Shown here: positions 46,558-56,897 of the stretch, in pieces | How the letters are laid out: each line of letters starts with the position of its first letter | Position numbering within the stretch: the stretch's first letter is position 1 | Virus record (IMG/VR): IMGVR_UViG_3300009104_001827 | Coordinates: 124,001 to 188,000 of that record | DNA length: 64,000 nucleotides | Strand: one strand, 5' to 3' | Notes under the pieces: generated by a model | What the model saw: only the letters and a program-made list of their open reading frames with translations | The model's database searches: none | What the model was told of the DNA's origin: nothing | Program-made: the position numbers and the translations under genes

Positions 46558-47056
46558 CCATAGGATCTTCAAATTTTTCCCCAGGATTCTCGGTGGCCTC
46601 TTCCGGGGCGTCGTTAAAGATTAACATGCACGCCATAAATCTATCGCTCTGCTCGGGGTATCTCTGCTTCATGTTTGGGTCCGTTATACATCTCCCCATA
46701 AATCCGTCGCCGGATTCTCCCTCAGATGGGGTGGGGTATCGCTTGTCTTCATTAGATAAAAAGTTATTCTTGTCCTTTTGCTCCTCTTCGTCTGTTGACG
46801 GCAACTCTGGAGCTGGCGCAGAGGGGTAGAGCTTTTCGTACTCTACGAACTTAAAGGCCTCTTCTATCTGGTCATAAGAAGTCATGATCCTTTGTTGCAC
46901 CCAGTCTTCCAAAACATCGCCATCCTGCAAGAGCTCAAATAGGCCCTGCGCGCATTTTGCAATTTGATACAACTGAGATTTGTACATCCGAATGGAGTTC
47001 GAGTCCTCCGCCTCAGACTCCATTCTGGAGAATTTAATATCCTCTAGATCATTCAT
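46511..47056 (-). CDS. Hypothetical head-associated protein
   Basis: SQLYQIA..LEDWVQQRI and PTP...FMGRC...RFMAC motifs; GTGTAA 9 nt upstream. Confidence 0.55.
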   Translation of the reverse strand: MNDLEDIKFSRMESEAEDSNSIRMYKSQLYQIAKCAQGLFELLQDGDVLEDWVQQRIMTSYDQIEEAFKFVEYEKLYPSAPAPELPSTDEEEQKDKNNFLSNEDKRYPTPSEGESGDGFMGRCITDPNMKQRYPEQSDRFMACMLIFNDAPEEATENPGEKFEDPMVKEEEAFDPQKPVLP

Positions 47057-47078
47057 CCTATTTAATTACACCAAAAAA

Positions 47079-47540
47079 TTAAGCCGGAGCGTCATCGCCT
47101 GAAATTTGTCCAGGCCTCGCGGCATACATATTATAACTATGTACCAGTGCATCCAGTTTTTGCTGAGTGTGAGAAATTAAGCTTCTGTAGTTTTTTGCTA
47201 TTTCGCTTTTATTTGTGCGGGTGATAACCGAATCCCCTTCTCTGATAGTATGGAAATCCAACTCCCCTTGAGATCCATCAACAAGCCTAAGCACATTCCT
47301 GCTCTGTCGCCTATAGTATTGAAGCAAATACATTTCCCTAAGGATAGATTTTTCCTCCTGAAGAATAAGAGATAAATCCGTTAACTCGAAATTTGTATTT
47401 ATGAGGGTGTTGAGCTCCCCCAAGTGAGCCTCAAGCCATGCAGTAATTAATGCTATTTCCGCTGCACGTTCTTCCGCAGACTCCGAGAAACATAATTCCG
47501 AGTCATAAATTTGCGTTGCCAGATCAGATAAAGCGGACAC
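47079..47540 (-). CDS. Putative head-tail connector/adaptor
   Basis: Helical 153 aa, TIREGDSVITR; downstream of capsid. Confidence 0.4.
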   Translation of the reverse strand: MSALSDLATQIYDSELCFSESAEERAAEIALITAWLEAHLGELNTLINTNFELTDLSLILQEEKSILREMYLLQYYRRQSRNVLRLVDGSQGELDFHTIREGDSVITRTNKSEIAKNYRSLISHTQQKLDALVHSYNMYAARPGQISGDDAPA

Positions 47541-47545
47541 TATGG

Positions 47546-48007
47546 CTATTCCTCCAGAATTTCGATAAGCTTTTTATGCTTGGGGTTATTTGGGTCAAGC
47601 TCAAACGGTGGCCCATTATCAATTACAACATTTGTGCCAAGATTCTCAGACTTAAAAGCCTTTGTGAGTTTGTTTTTCAAGATTGTCCTATTCCCCGAAG
47701 GAAAAACCCCTGCGCGCACAGCAACCTCCTGGAGTTCGGTCAGACTCATTCCCGCCATATTCTCCTCAAATATCCTGGCGTCATTCGTTCCGTACGGATT
47801 GCTCTTTCTTACCTCCAGAATCTCCTCTAGCTTTTTAACGTACTCTAAGTTCTGCTCGTACGTTTTTCCTGTGGTTTGATTTAAATCTTTTAATTCCGGC
47901 TTCCTGGCGGCCTTGGCGGCCTTAGCTCGCTTAGCTGGCTTAACCCCTCGGGCGGGCTTACCCTTACTAGAGGCAGCTCTCTTCTTGTTTGTTTTTTTAG
48001 TACTCAT
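47546..48007 (-). CDS. Hypothetical protein with basic N-terminus
   Basis: K/A-rich histone-like N-terminus; SD AAGGAAG. Confidence 0.7.
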   Translation of the reverse strand: MSTKKTNKKRAASSKGKPARGVKPAKRAKAAKAARKPELKDLNQTTGKTYEQNLEYVKKLEEILEVRKSNPYGTNDARIFEENMAGMSLTELQEVAVRAGVFPSGNRTILKNKLTKAFKSENLGTNVVIDNGPPFELDPNNPKHKKLIEILEE

Positions 48008-48062
48008 ACTTCCTTATACCTTTCTTAGGAGATACACATATATATGGTGTGCGTGAAAAACA

Positions 48063-48091
48063 AAAAAATCCACCCATAAGGTGGATTTTTT
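48063..48091. terminator. Bidirectional intrinsic terminator after major capsid gene
   Basis: AAAAAATCCACC-CATAA-GGTGGATTTTTT. Confidence 0.85.
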
Positions 48092-48116
48092 GTTTAAAAA
48101 CTAAGGTTTTAAAGCC

Positions 48117-49298
48117 TTATACAATTATGCCTGTGAGAACCTTGTCGTCAAGGATCATGCGACCCTCTTCGATAGCGCCATAGTAACCAATCTTTTGTGA
48201 TCGGGATACCCATTGGTCGTCAACGACGAGATCGAACTCAGAACCACTTTCCGCGTCGGTTGCGACAGCGCGAAGCATGGATTCCTTGGATAGATCGATA
48301 CCGAGGCAGATTTCCTCTTTGTCTCCGTCGAACGTTTCGTCGGTGGCGTTTTTAACATCAGCATCGCCGACTCCGCCATCGCCGTGCTTGTCCCAGTCCT
48401 TATCGCCAGAAGCAGTGTCAAACACTGTGTTCCACTTTTGCTCCTTACCCATTTCGTTGATTTCCATGATGGAAACACCATAGAACTCAGGAATGCCAGC
48501 GGAATTAAAGATCTTATCTCTAAAGCTGTCGGTTCCAGCAATGTCTCCGCCGCCCGCGATTTTACCGCCGCCGCCATCAGAATGAGTTACATTACTTCTT
48601 GTGTTAATTGGGTTATAAGCCAATCCACGCAGTTCCTCAACGATTTCGGGAGAAACGATGAGGTCAGTAACCCCACGACCCCTGCGGTCGGCAGGAGTGC
48701 CTTTCGTCCACGAAGTGTTAATTCTCTTAGCGAGAGTAAACAGTTTGTTAAGGTCTGCCAAAAGGAAGCGATCCTTCGAATGCGACCGGAAGACATGCTT
48801 CAGTCCATTCGTTTCGGCATTGGCCAAGGCAGTCATAATCATAACCGCAGAAGTCTTCTCTTGCTTGAGAAGGATTTCCTGGGCAATTCTTGTAAATGTC
48901 TTACTAACGACATCAAGCCTGGAACGTTGAGCGAATCTCTTGTCAAAAGAAACCGCACTATCCAAACGATAGGTCGTAAATTTCATTTCCTGTTGGACAG
49001 GAGCCACGTGATTGGTCGGAAGGCCGCCAGGGGAGTTTTGACTCCAGATCTGGATGTAGTCTTCGTCTGTAATATCGTGGTAAAGGTCCAACGGAATACT
49101 AGCGTTGTCTTCAGAACCAAACTGAAGAGAGCTAAATAGGTTGCTCAGCGTAGGAGCCGTGTTAACGACTTCGGCCAAAAGAGGTCCGATGAAATCGCCG
49201 AGGGCCGCTTGGGCTTCATAAGCTACATCGCGGTTCTTGGAAGCCATAGCTTTAATAAGCTCGACTTGCTCTGGAGTTCTTTCGATTTTTATTTCCAT
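48117..49298 (-). CDS. Major capsid protein
   Basis: 393 aa in protease-decoration-capsid order; TDLIVSPEIVEELR, GYYGAIEEGRMILD; strong SD, terminator. Confidence 0.85.
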   Translation of the reverse strand: MEIKIERTPEQVELIKAMASKNRDVAYEAQAALGDFIGPLLAEVVNTAPTLSNLFSSLQFGSEDNASIPLDLYHDITDEDYIQIWSQNSPGGLPTNHVAPVQQEMKFTTYRLDSAVSFDKRFAQRSRLDVVSKTFTRIAQEILLKQEKTSAVMIMTALANAETNGLKHVFRSHSKDRFLLADLNKLFTLAKRINTSWTKGTPADRRGRGVTDLIVSPEIVEELRGLAYNPINTRSNVTHSDGGGGKIAGGGDIAGTDSFRDKIFNSAGIPEFYGVSIMEINEMGKEQKWNTVFDTASGDKDWDKHGDGGVGDADVKNATDETFDGDKEEICLGIDLSKESMLRAVATDAESGSEFDLVVDDQWVSRSQKIGYYGAIEEGRMILDDKVLTGIIV

Positions 49299-49316
49299 GT
49301 TGTTATTCTCCTCAAG

Positions 49317-49949
49317 TTAGAAAGAAATCTTGCAAAGCCACTTGGTTCCGTCCTCATTCTTGGCGATAATTCTGCCAACGTCACCCGCTGCGGCATCGTC
49401 GACCTTAAATAGGCCTTCCTTGCCAGCACCACCAACGGTAAGTCCCTTTCCAACTCCACCATCTCCATCTAGGGCGTCGTTCGTGAGAAGGACCATGCCT
49501 CTAGTTAGAATGGGAACAGTTTGTCCAGGAAGTACGCATTGAAGTTCGTCTTTCTTTACGGGATAACGAAGAAGATTTTCTCCGTTTTCGTCGTAAGCCA
49601 ATGTTTCCTTAAGTGTGATACCTAAAGCGGGGTTGCCCGCTGCAGATGATGCCTTAACGACATTCATATCATTCACTGGATACGCGTTATAACCAACATA
49701 GGCGCTCGAAGGTTCGTTGCCTAAGTATGCTCTAAACGGAGCTCCAGTACTCGCTAGGCCAGAGGGGAGATCACCTGGTAACTGGGCGTTATCTTCCGCC
49801 GCAACCACAACTCCCGAGTCCCAGTCTTTATCGGCAGTACCTCCTGGCACCAACGCTTGAAAGTTGGCCAGTCCGTCTACCTTCAACGAAAAGAGGTTAA
49901 TAACCTCGTGCTCGCTATAATCTCTGAATGGTTCTAATCTTTTTGCCAT
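49317..49949 (-). CDS. Capsid decoration/cement protein
   Basis: Immediately upstream of capsid; ALGITL, VPILTRG beta-tulip-like pattern. Confidence 0.6.
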   Translation of the reverse strand: MAKRLEPFRDYSEHEVINLFSLKVDGLANFQALVPGGTADKDWDSGVVVAAEDNAQLPGDLPSGLASTGAPFRAYLGNEPSSAYVGYNAYPVNDMNVVKASSAAGNPALGITLKETLAYDENGENLLRYPVKKDELQCVLPGQTVPILTRGMVLLTNDALDGDGGVGKGLTVGGAGKEGLFKVDDAAAGDVGRIIAKNEDGTKWLCKISF

Positions 49950-49967
49950 TATTTTATTCCTCTAAAA

Positions 49968-51554
49968 TTAATATGTCACCTTCACACTGTCCCGAAAAGC
50001 TTTCGCGAATCTCTCGCGGAGGCTCTCTTCAGTTTCAATGGATTCTCCATTGTTATTAGGAAGGCTTGCGTCTTCAGAAGTCGCTTGGTCGAGGGACTGC
50101 TCCACATCTGCGGTAGCCTCAGCCTCTTCAACAGCTTCTTCTTTAACGCTTTCTTCGGTAGTAGCCTTAGATTCCAATCTCTTGGTAACTTCGGCCTCGA
50201 TCTTGGCTTCCATTTCGTCGGCCAATTTTTGTAAATACTCTTTATTCTTTGTCTTGAATAATACCGCAAGCTTTTCTTGATATTCTGCGAAAGCTTCGTC
50301 GGCTAGATCCAGAGAAGAAACTTCCGATGCGACGATCTTCTTGTCTTCGCTGTCAAGCTCATACAATTCCTCAATCGCCTCCATACGGGAATCAAATCTC
50401 GCACGCGCTTCTCTTTCAGCATTCTCTTCCTCGAGACCTTCTAGCTTGGTTTCGGTTTCGGTAAGCTTCTCCTGAAGTTCCGAGAGTGTTTTTGCCAGCT
50501 CATCTTTCTGAGTCTGGGCTTCGGCTTGGTCAGCTTTTGCTTGTTCGATCTGGTCGACATACTCTTGGCTTTTCTCGCGAATGGCGTCATGAAAAACCTT
50601 AGTAATGTTGGCAATAGCTTCATCCGAAAAGTCCTTCGCAGCCGCCTTTTCAGAAAGGAGCTGTTCAATATCTTTTAATAGTTCTTGCTTTTCCATAGTA
50701 TTAAGAAAAAATTCGTGGTCAGATTGTATTACATTAGTGGATTCTAAATGAGAACTTTTTTCTTTATCAGTATAATGCTCCCTAACGCGTTGATCGTCAA
50801 CTTTTTCTTTATCCTCCGCCAAAGATTCTTTAGTTAGGACTCCAGTAACATCTGCTGCGGGGGTATTAGTGAACCCTATCCCCAAGGGGTATATCTCACC
50901 AACAATAAGCCTATTGACCTTTTGCCCATCTTCAAGTTCGCCGCTACCACCAAATGATTTTAAATGAGGGGTCAAGGCTTCCACCTCAGCAGGATCAGTA
51001 ATAACCTCCGAGTCCCCAATGTTACCGTTGCCGACGGCAACAGCAAATTCGTTAAAGCCTATCTCCCAACTTGCGGAAACACTATTATATGATTCGCTTT
51101 CAGGATCAGAAGAAGCGAGCAGTACATCCGCAAACTCCGGCGACGCAGTCTTATATACTACTGCCCCCAAAGATATGTTGAACGGATCGCTTGAGCTTGC
51201 ATCCACTTCGCTTAAGATTTCTCCCTCACCCTTGTACTCGGAAAACTCTGCAGACACGATATGGCCAACGATATTGTCCTTTTGGTGTTCTATGTTTGTG
51301 GGCTTATGAATAAAATAATCCTTAATTGCCATCGCCGACATAGTGTCAATCCCATCCCCGTTTTGATTAAATTTATTAACCACCGCAGCATTAAATGCCA
51401 CACCGACCAGATCGATATTTCTGTCTAGATCTATACTATCCGGAATTAATTCCTTAAGGGGCTCAAGCGATGCAGTCGAAATATTCATGTCCTCAACAAC
51501 AGAAGAGGCAGTAACAACGCTTTTGAATTTTGCAGTATATTTAAATTTTTCCAT
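49968..51554 (-). CDS. Prohead protease fused to scaffold
   Basis: NQNGDG, KPTNIEH, SASWEI, GIGFTNTPA; acidic coiled-coil C-terminal half. Confidence 0.85.
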   Translation of the reverse strand: MEKFKYTAKFKSVVTASSVVEDMNISTASLEPLKELIPDSIDLDRNIDLVGVAFNAAVVNKFNQNGDGIDTMSAMAIKDYFIHKPTNIEHQKDNIVGHIVSAEFSEYKGEGEILSEVDASSSDPFNISLGAVVYKTASPEFADVLLASSDPESESYNSVSASWEIGFNEFAVAVGNGNIGDSEVITDPAEVEALTPHLKSFGGSGELEDGQKVNRLIVGEIYPLGIGFTNTPAADVTGVLTKESLAEDKEKVDDQRVREHYTDKEKSSHLESTNVIQSDHEFFLNTMEKQELLKDIEQLLSEKAAAKDFSDEAIANITKVFHDAIREKSQEYVDQIEQAKADQAEAQTQKDELAKTLSELQEKLTETETKLEGLEEENAEREARARFDSRMEAIEELYELDSEDKKIVASEVSSLDLADEAFAEYQEKLAVLFKTKNKEYLQKLADEMEAKIEAEVTKRLESKATTEESVKEEAVEEAEATADVEQSLDQATSEDASLPNNNGESIETEESLRERFAKAFRDSVKVTY

Positions 51555-51599
51555 AACTCTTTAGAATAATCTTACACTTATTATATTTCTTCGAGAAAA

Positions 51600-53471
51600 C
51601 TACCCGATAAACATCGGAGTAAAAGTAGATTGGACATTATCTGCCTCAAGCTCCGTCATATCATAATATATCTTAATCATCCAATTACCAAGTACTAACG
51701 CAGAATACGAGTCTTTCCTTGCTTTCTCGGGCCCGCTTTGCCTTCGCAGGTTGTCCGGAAGATCAAAGGTTTGCGTCCCTTGTGGAGAAGTCTTGATTTG
51801 GATTAGTGCGCATTCGGATTTAGTAAGATCTACCATATCGGTTTGATGCTCCACAAAGTCTATCATTTTTGCGGAGTCAGATTGCCGGGATTCAGACTCT
51901 GCAGTTCTTAAGAATTTGATTTTCTTAATTGGAATCTTCTTCCTCCTTTGCTCATGATACGCGTCATCCGTGGCCCTTGCGCCGAACCATATACGCTTAT
52001 GATCGAAATTCGCTTGAAGTAATTCGTTGGCTATGCGAATCCATGATGAACTAGGTTTTCTTAAATAACAAATTACATTAGCTTCCGGATCGTACTCTCT
52101 CTTCGCCGCGAGCAAATCATCCCGGTAATCTTCTTGCTTATCAAAATTAGGGCTCATAAGTCCAATCTTTCTCTTTTTCTTCTTAAACACACTACTTTCA
52201 TTTACGGCATTAATAAACTGAAGCCCGCCATTATAATCCCCAACTATGCAAACTATGTTAAAATTACTTAATATATAATCAAAATAATCTATATGTTGCT
52301 TTAGATTTGTTCCGGACAGCGCATATCCATGGACCATAGTGCCCAATCTTTTATTGTCGTCTAGTTTAAATACCGTCATAGCAAAGTCGTCAGAACTTTC
52401 CGACTCGGCCCAGCTGGGGTCAAACGCTAAAAGGTACTTTGCCCCAACCTCCCCTTTTACCTCAACTGAAGGGGAGCCTCCATCCGAAACAGTACATTCA
52501 GACATCCTTGAAGTTTTAAAGTATCCGCTGCTGTCGTCTGTAAATATGGCTCCGAACTCTCGCTCAAACTGACTATGGCTCATTGAGCTTTTTGCTTGAT
52601 TAATGAGATTCTGATCATATAGTTGCAACGGGGCGCAATCGTAACTGAATTGCATGATCGTTCTAGCCGCATTATCCCGCTCGACATCTTCAGATAGGAT
52701 TAGATCCTCAAATTGACTATACAGTTTATACATATACTCAAATTTATAAGAAGCGGAGGATAACATGATTAGCTTATTGTTGGGCCACTGATGCCGGTCT
52801 TCCTCCTTCATTTTCCCTTCCTCTATTAAGCTGGTCTCTAACTTATACAGGTCGTCTCTTTGCGTTGGGTTTTCTACAACAGAAAGAAAGGGAACTATAA
52901 CTTCATTATAAATCCTCTCAGGCATAAGGGCAAACTCATCGATTATAATCCTATGAAACCTAAAGCCCCGAAGCTTTTCTCCGTCTCCCAAGGGAAGGGC
53001 TCGAATCCTAGAGTCTCCTATCTCCATAAGCCACTCATCATTACTCTTGGATTTCCTTGTGATACATTGCGCCAGCAAAGCTGCTTCGGGCTTAGAGGCA
53101 ATATCTTCAATTTTCTTAAATATCATTTTCGCCTGCCGAAAAGACTTCGAAAGTATTCCAATTTCAACCCCTTGGTTCATTATGGCGTCTAGAAATGCAA
53201 ATATTCCTGTAGTAAAAGATTTTGACATCCCCCGGGACCAAACCCCCATAAAGTAATCGGTTTCAAACATGGCCTTGATTGCGGCGTGTTGAAAAGGAAA
53301 AAGTTTTATTCCTGAAAGTAGATCTGTAGCAAAAGTTACGTTTTCCCTTAGAAATTTATACAAGAGTATCCTCGCCTCTCGCTCCTCAATGAAACCCTTT
53401 TTATCTAAAAGAATTTCATTAATATGAGGCCCCTTACTCTTTTTAAGTTGCTTTCCCGTTTCCCAGCTCAT
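51600..53471 (-). CDS. terL: Terminase large subunit
   Basis: WSRGMSKS Walker A, LRGFRF..IIDEF Walker B, AFDPSW..DDFA, KDSYSA nuclease. Confidence 0.92.
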   Translation of the reverse strand: MSWETGKQLKKSKGPHINEILLDKKGFIEEREARILLYKFLRENVTFATDLLSGIKLFPFQHAAIKAMFETDYFMGVWSRGMSKSFTTGIFAFLDAIMNQGVEIGILSKSFRQAKMIFKKIEDIASKPEAALLAQCITRKSKSNDEWLMEIGDSRIRALPLGDGEKLRGFRFHRIIIDEFALMPERIYNEVIVPFLSVVENPTQRDDLYKLETSLIEEGKMKEEDRHQWPNNKLIMLSSASYKFEYMYKLYSQFEDLILSEDVERDNAARTIMQFSYDCAPLQLYDQNLINQAKSSMSHSQFEREFGAIFTDDSSGYFKTSRMSECTVSDGGSPSVEVKGEVGAKYLLAFDPSWAESESSDDFAMTVFKLDDNKRLGTMVHGYALSGTNLKQHIDYFDYILSNFNIVCIVGDYNGGLQFINAVNESSVFKKKKRKIGLMSPNFDKQEDYRDDLLAAKREYDPEANVICYLRKPSSSWIRIANELLQANFDHKRIWFGARATDDAYHEQRRKKIPIKKIKFLRTAESESRQSDSAKMIDFVEHQTDMVDLTKSECALIQIKTSPQGTQTFDLPDNLRRQSGPEKARKDSYSALVLGNWMIKIYYDMTELEADNVQSTFTPMFIG

Positions 53472-54378
53472 TTTTATCTATATAGTATTGTAAGTCTACG
53501 CCCCACAGCGCCTCTCCTAGTTTTAATATTTTTGGAATAATTAACTCCGAGGCCTCCCTGCTCCCGGAAAAAACGAATTGACATGTGTCAGCAAAATCAT
53601 GAGCCAAAACCCTCATGTTATGATAAATAAATTTAAGATTAGTCGAATGCGGGCCCCACCTGTTCTTTTTGTAAATTTCATTAATGGAGCTTTCTGTTAT
53701 AATAAACAAATAACAATCCATATCCCTTGCTCGCTCGAGCTCTCTCCTGAATCGGTCTAAATTATTTACGCTCAATGTCCCAATGAAGTCCCCTGCGCTT
53801 TTTCGGTCGATATAGGTATAGTCATAATCACTTCCTGCTGCGGTATAGTCTCCGAAGTCAAGTTTCATTACGTCTGAATTACGGAAGCTCAGTGGCTTTT
53901 GTTCTCTTGTGTCAATAAAAATCTTAATATCATCAAGATCGACATCCCCAAACTCACAGGGAAGCCTTTTAGAAAATAAGGGGTCCACTCCAGCCTTCTG
54001 ACAGGCCTGAGTATAGCTCCCAAAGTGATCGACATAAGTATCCACATCAGGAAGTTCAGCCAACCTTAACTCTACATGAGAAGGACCCCGCACAAGCTTT
54101 TTGTCACTTATCCTCTCCCGAAGCAACTTCAGAATATATTCCCCCACCTCCTTTTTTTCGTGAGACTTGCACCACTTAATTAATTGAGCCCTGCTATCAA
54201 AATCCTTACGGAAGTAGTCTTTTTTATTTTTAAACGGCAATGGCTCCCCTGTTAATTTATTCAATTTAGGAAAATACTTAGTATAATATTCGGCCATATT
54301 GGTGCCGTGTTGCTTAAGGTGACAATGAAGTCCCTTTTCGGAGGTAAAACCCTTGTCGCATATTTTACAATTAATCAT
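53443..54378 (-). CDS. C2H2 zinc finger plus ERCC4/XPF-type nuclease
   Basis: CKIC...HLKQH; IDTREQ, GDY, DRKSAGD, RFRRELER. Confidence 0.8.
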   Translation of the reverse strand: MINCKICDKGFTSEKGLHCHLKQHGTNMAEYYTKYFPKLNKLTGEPLPFKNKKDYFRKDFDSRAQLIKWCKSHEKKEVGEYILKLLRERISDKKLVRGPSHVELRLAELPDVDTYVDHFGSYTQACQKAGVDPLFSKRLPCEFGDVDLDDIKIFIDTREQKPLSFRNSDVMKLDFGDYTAAGSDYDYTYIDRKSAGDFIGTLSVNNLDRFRRELERARDMDCYLFIITESSINEIYKKNRWGPHSTNLKFIYHNMRVLAHDFADTCQFVFSGSREASELIIPKILKLGEALWGVDLQYYIDKNELGNGKAT

Positions 54379-55046
54379 AACTCTACATCATATACTTTAA
54401 GGTTTTCCGCAGGCATCCTCCTCCGTTTCCCAAAGTATCCCAACCTTTGCCCTAGCCAAAAGACAATCAACGCGACCCTTGGAACCTTGAATATTTTTCC
54501 ATCAGAATTCGTCACAGTTGGGACCTGGGAGTGCAATACCCGAGCAAGTAAGGTCCTCTCCATATCGACCATTTTACAGTCTTTAATTGAAATATTTCTC
54601 ACCATCGGCCTATTCACATCATCGTAATCCGTCCAATTTCCCAAGTCAACACATGCCCCATCCCACCATTTTGAATAATCATTTATAAATTTACAATTCA
54701 ATATAGAGATGTCCCTCGCGCCACCCTTTATGGTAATATGTTGTTTTGTGTTAGTTGATATAAATTCACAATTAACAAATTGAATATTTCCGCCCCGGAC
54801 AATATCAACGCAGTCCTCCGTTCCCCCAATGATTTTTGAATCAGCAATATAAACATCATAGCAAAAAGACAGCTTAAGCCCCTCGTCGCCCTTGCTTCCG
54901 TCTATCACACAATCTCGAATTTCATAAGCAAGAGGATCCCTCCCTGGTCTCCACGAAAGCCCTAAAGCGGAAGTGTCATTAAATTTATCAACCCCCTTGG
55001 AGTGGCAATAAAATTTTTGTCCGAATATTTCTTTAGTAAACATCAC
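54375..55046 (-). CDS. Right-handed parallel beta-helix protein
   Basis: IRDCVIDG, IADSKIIGG.EDCVDI, FVNCEF, ILNCKF repeats. Confidence 0.7.
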   Translation of the reverse strand: MMFTKEIFGQKFYCHSKGVDKFNDTSALGLSWRPGRDPLAYEIRDCVIDGSKGDEGLKLSFCYDVYIADSKIIGGTEDCVDIVRGGNIQFVNCEFISTNTKQHITIKGGARDISILNCKFINDYSKWWDGACVDLGNWTDYDDVNRPMVRNISIKDCKMVDMERTLLARVLHSQVPTVTNSDGKIFKVPRVALIVFWLGQRLGYFGKRRRMPAENLKVYDVEL

Positions 55047-56101
55047 AGGGAATCAGACTTTGATATTCCAAGAACTCTAGCTTTCCAATCTGGCATTTTT
55101 TCCAGCTCATCCATTTCGTTGCTAATGAGCTTTTGTTGCATTTGAGCCATCTTTAACATGATACCCCTTTCCTCTTCCTCCTGAAACAGCTGCACTAGGT
55201 TAAGTATGCTTGCGTTCTTTGAAACCTGGCTTGCTATTCTTTTGGATCTGTCGCCCTGAAGCTTGGAGATTAAGGATTCCATTCTTTTTTCGCATTGATT
55301 GTATTCTTCGCTTTTTGTTTTTAGGATTTCAGTCAACCTAATGGTCATGTCTTGCTGCTCCTCCGCTTCATCAAACATTCTATTGAGTTTGTCCATTGCG
55401 CTTTGAATTCTTTTTAAATGGATATAATCCATACAAACATTAATATACAGATTTATTTCGTCCGTGGTAAGATCCGGCTTATCCCAGGTAGCCCTAACAA
55501 ATTCTGCCTCAAACAAATTGCGGTCCTCAAGGCCCGTGTAAGTTTCAATTACCTGAAGAAACCGTGGTGCAGACATAAACTTCCTTAAAGCCTCTATGCA
55601 TCGTTTGTATTGCACCGTCATTTTATCCTCGGAAATTTCGACGCCGACGCAATCCTGAATTTTCTTCATTATTTTGCTATCTGCCTTCGGAGGGGAATAT
55701 TTAATGTTCATTGCGGTTTCATTTTTAGGAACATCTAAACCTTCCTCGTGAATAAAATCATGAACCGCCCAGAACTCTTTGCTCATGTGTTTTATTTCTG
55801 CCCCGGCAAATACGAGCCTTGCTAACGCCACGCTACTCACATCTGCGGCGGAGTTGTTTCGAATAAATTCCTTTTGCTCCTCTGTGAGCTGGATATCATC
55901 TTTTTTGCTAATGTGCCGAGTAGAATAGTCAATCCCCGCTTCCTTCATGAATTTTCTAACAAGTCGCCCCTCCCTTGTTCTGCCGTCAAGGGAGTCGTCC
56001 ATAAAAACGTCTCTAGTTAATTTGGACAAATCTCCAATTATTGGAGCATTCTCTTTAATAAATGCCTTTTGATCTTCCGTAAGCTCCGGCAGCGGTTTCA
56101 T
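55043..56101 (-). CDS. Hypothetical protein, possible terminase small subunit
   Basis: Two LTE(D/E)QK.FI helical repeats plus coiled coil; upstream of terL. Confidence 0.4.
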   Translation of the reverse strand: MKPLPELTEDQKAFIKENAPIIGDLSKLTRDVFMDDSLDGRTREGRLVRKFMKEAGIDYSTRHISKKDDIQLTEEQKEFIRNNSAADVSSVALARLVFAGAEIKHMSKEFWAVHDFIHEEGLDVPKNETAMNIKYSPPKADSKIMKKIQDCVGVEISEDKMTVQYKRCIEALRKFMSAPRFLQVIETYTGLEDRNLFEAEFVRATWDKPDLTTDEINLYINVCMDYIHLKRIQSAMDKLNRMFDEAEEQQDMTIRLTEILKTKSEEYNQCEKRMESLISKLQGDRSKRIASQVSKNASILNLVQLFQEEEERGIMLKMAQMQQKLISNEMDELEKMPDWKARVLGISKSDSL

Positions 56102-56897
56102 ATATAATAATTTCTCCTTTATCTAAAATAGACGCAGCCTTGTCTTTGAAAATTTTCTTTAAATTTTTCAATTGCTTATAGCCTGCTTTTCGACCCCTTT
56201 CGCTCGTCTTATACCCCATCACCTTAGCGACTTCCTCTTCATCCATATGTTGGACGTAAAGCATATCGTAAACCTTGTATTGCTTCTCGGGCAACGCCTC
56301 TTTCATTGCCTTCGCTAATTTACCCGCAGCCTCCTCAATGTCGACTTGAGTATCCTGTATGGAGCCAACCTCATGAGTGTGATGTTCTATGGTGACAGCC
56401 ATCTTAATGTCATAGGCTGCCTTCTTAGTTTTGCTCCACTTTAAATACAATGGGCACTCGCTATCCTGTAGCCCGCTTGAGGTGAAGCCGCACAAACTGC
56501 CCGGGGTTATTCCTGGATCCTTCCCGGATCTGGACTGATTAAAAGGGCAATTAAGGCAAGGTCGGACAAAATTAGAATAGTTATTACGCAAAATATTTTT
56601 CATTTGATTAGTAATAATCTTATTGATCCACGGCCCTAGTGGGCGGCTCTGATCCCATTGGTCCCATTTTTTAAAAATATGAGCGCGTATAATTTGCTCT
56701 ACATCCTCAAAATCAAACCAGGACAGGGAGTCCAAAAACCACTTGCCCCGTCGCTTTCTTATCTCCAGATTAATGTCTTCGAATTTATCCTCAAAAGAGA
56801 ACTGGGGAGCTTCACCATCAAGATCCTTGTCTTTTGGAGGTTTTTCTTCTTTTTCTTTGTCTTTTTTTCTTGGGCGCTTCATTGGACGAATCTTCAA
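56055..56897 (-). CDS. Second sigma70-like factor with Cys4 insertion
   Basis: FEDVEQIIRAHIFKKW..W...PWINKII..QMKN (region 2), LPEKQYKVY..EEEVAKVMG (region 4); start may be 56882. Confidence 0.75.
   Translation of the reverse strand: MKIRPMKRPRKKDKEKEEKPPKDKDLDGEAPQFSFEDKFEDINLEIRKRRGKWFLDSLSWFDFEDVEQIIRAHIFKKWDQWDQSRPLGPWINKIITNQMKNILRNNYSNFVRPCLNCPFNQSRSGKDPGITPGSLCGFTSSGLQDSECPLYLKWSKTKKAAYDIKMAVTIEHHTHEVGSIQDTQVDIEEAAGKLAKAMKEALPEKQYKVYDMLYVQHMDEEEVAKVMGYKTSERGRKAGYKQLKNLKKIFKDKAASILDKGEIIIYETAAGAYGRSKGIY

Noticed and set aside
48384-49139. 251-aa + strand ORF
   Set aside because: Antisense shadow of the major capsid gene; no motifs, promoter or SD
1873-53471. Inteins or introns in nrdA, dnaB, dnaE, terL
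   Set aside because: Lengths are normal; no intein termini or homing-endonuclease motifs seen
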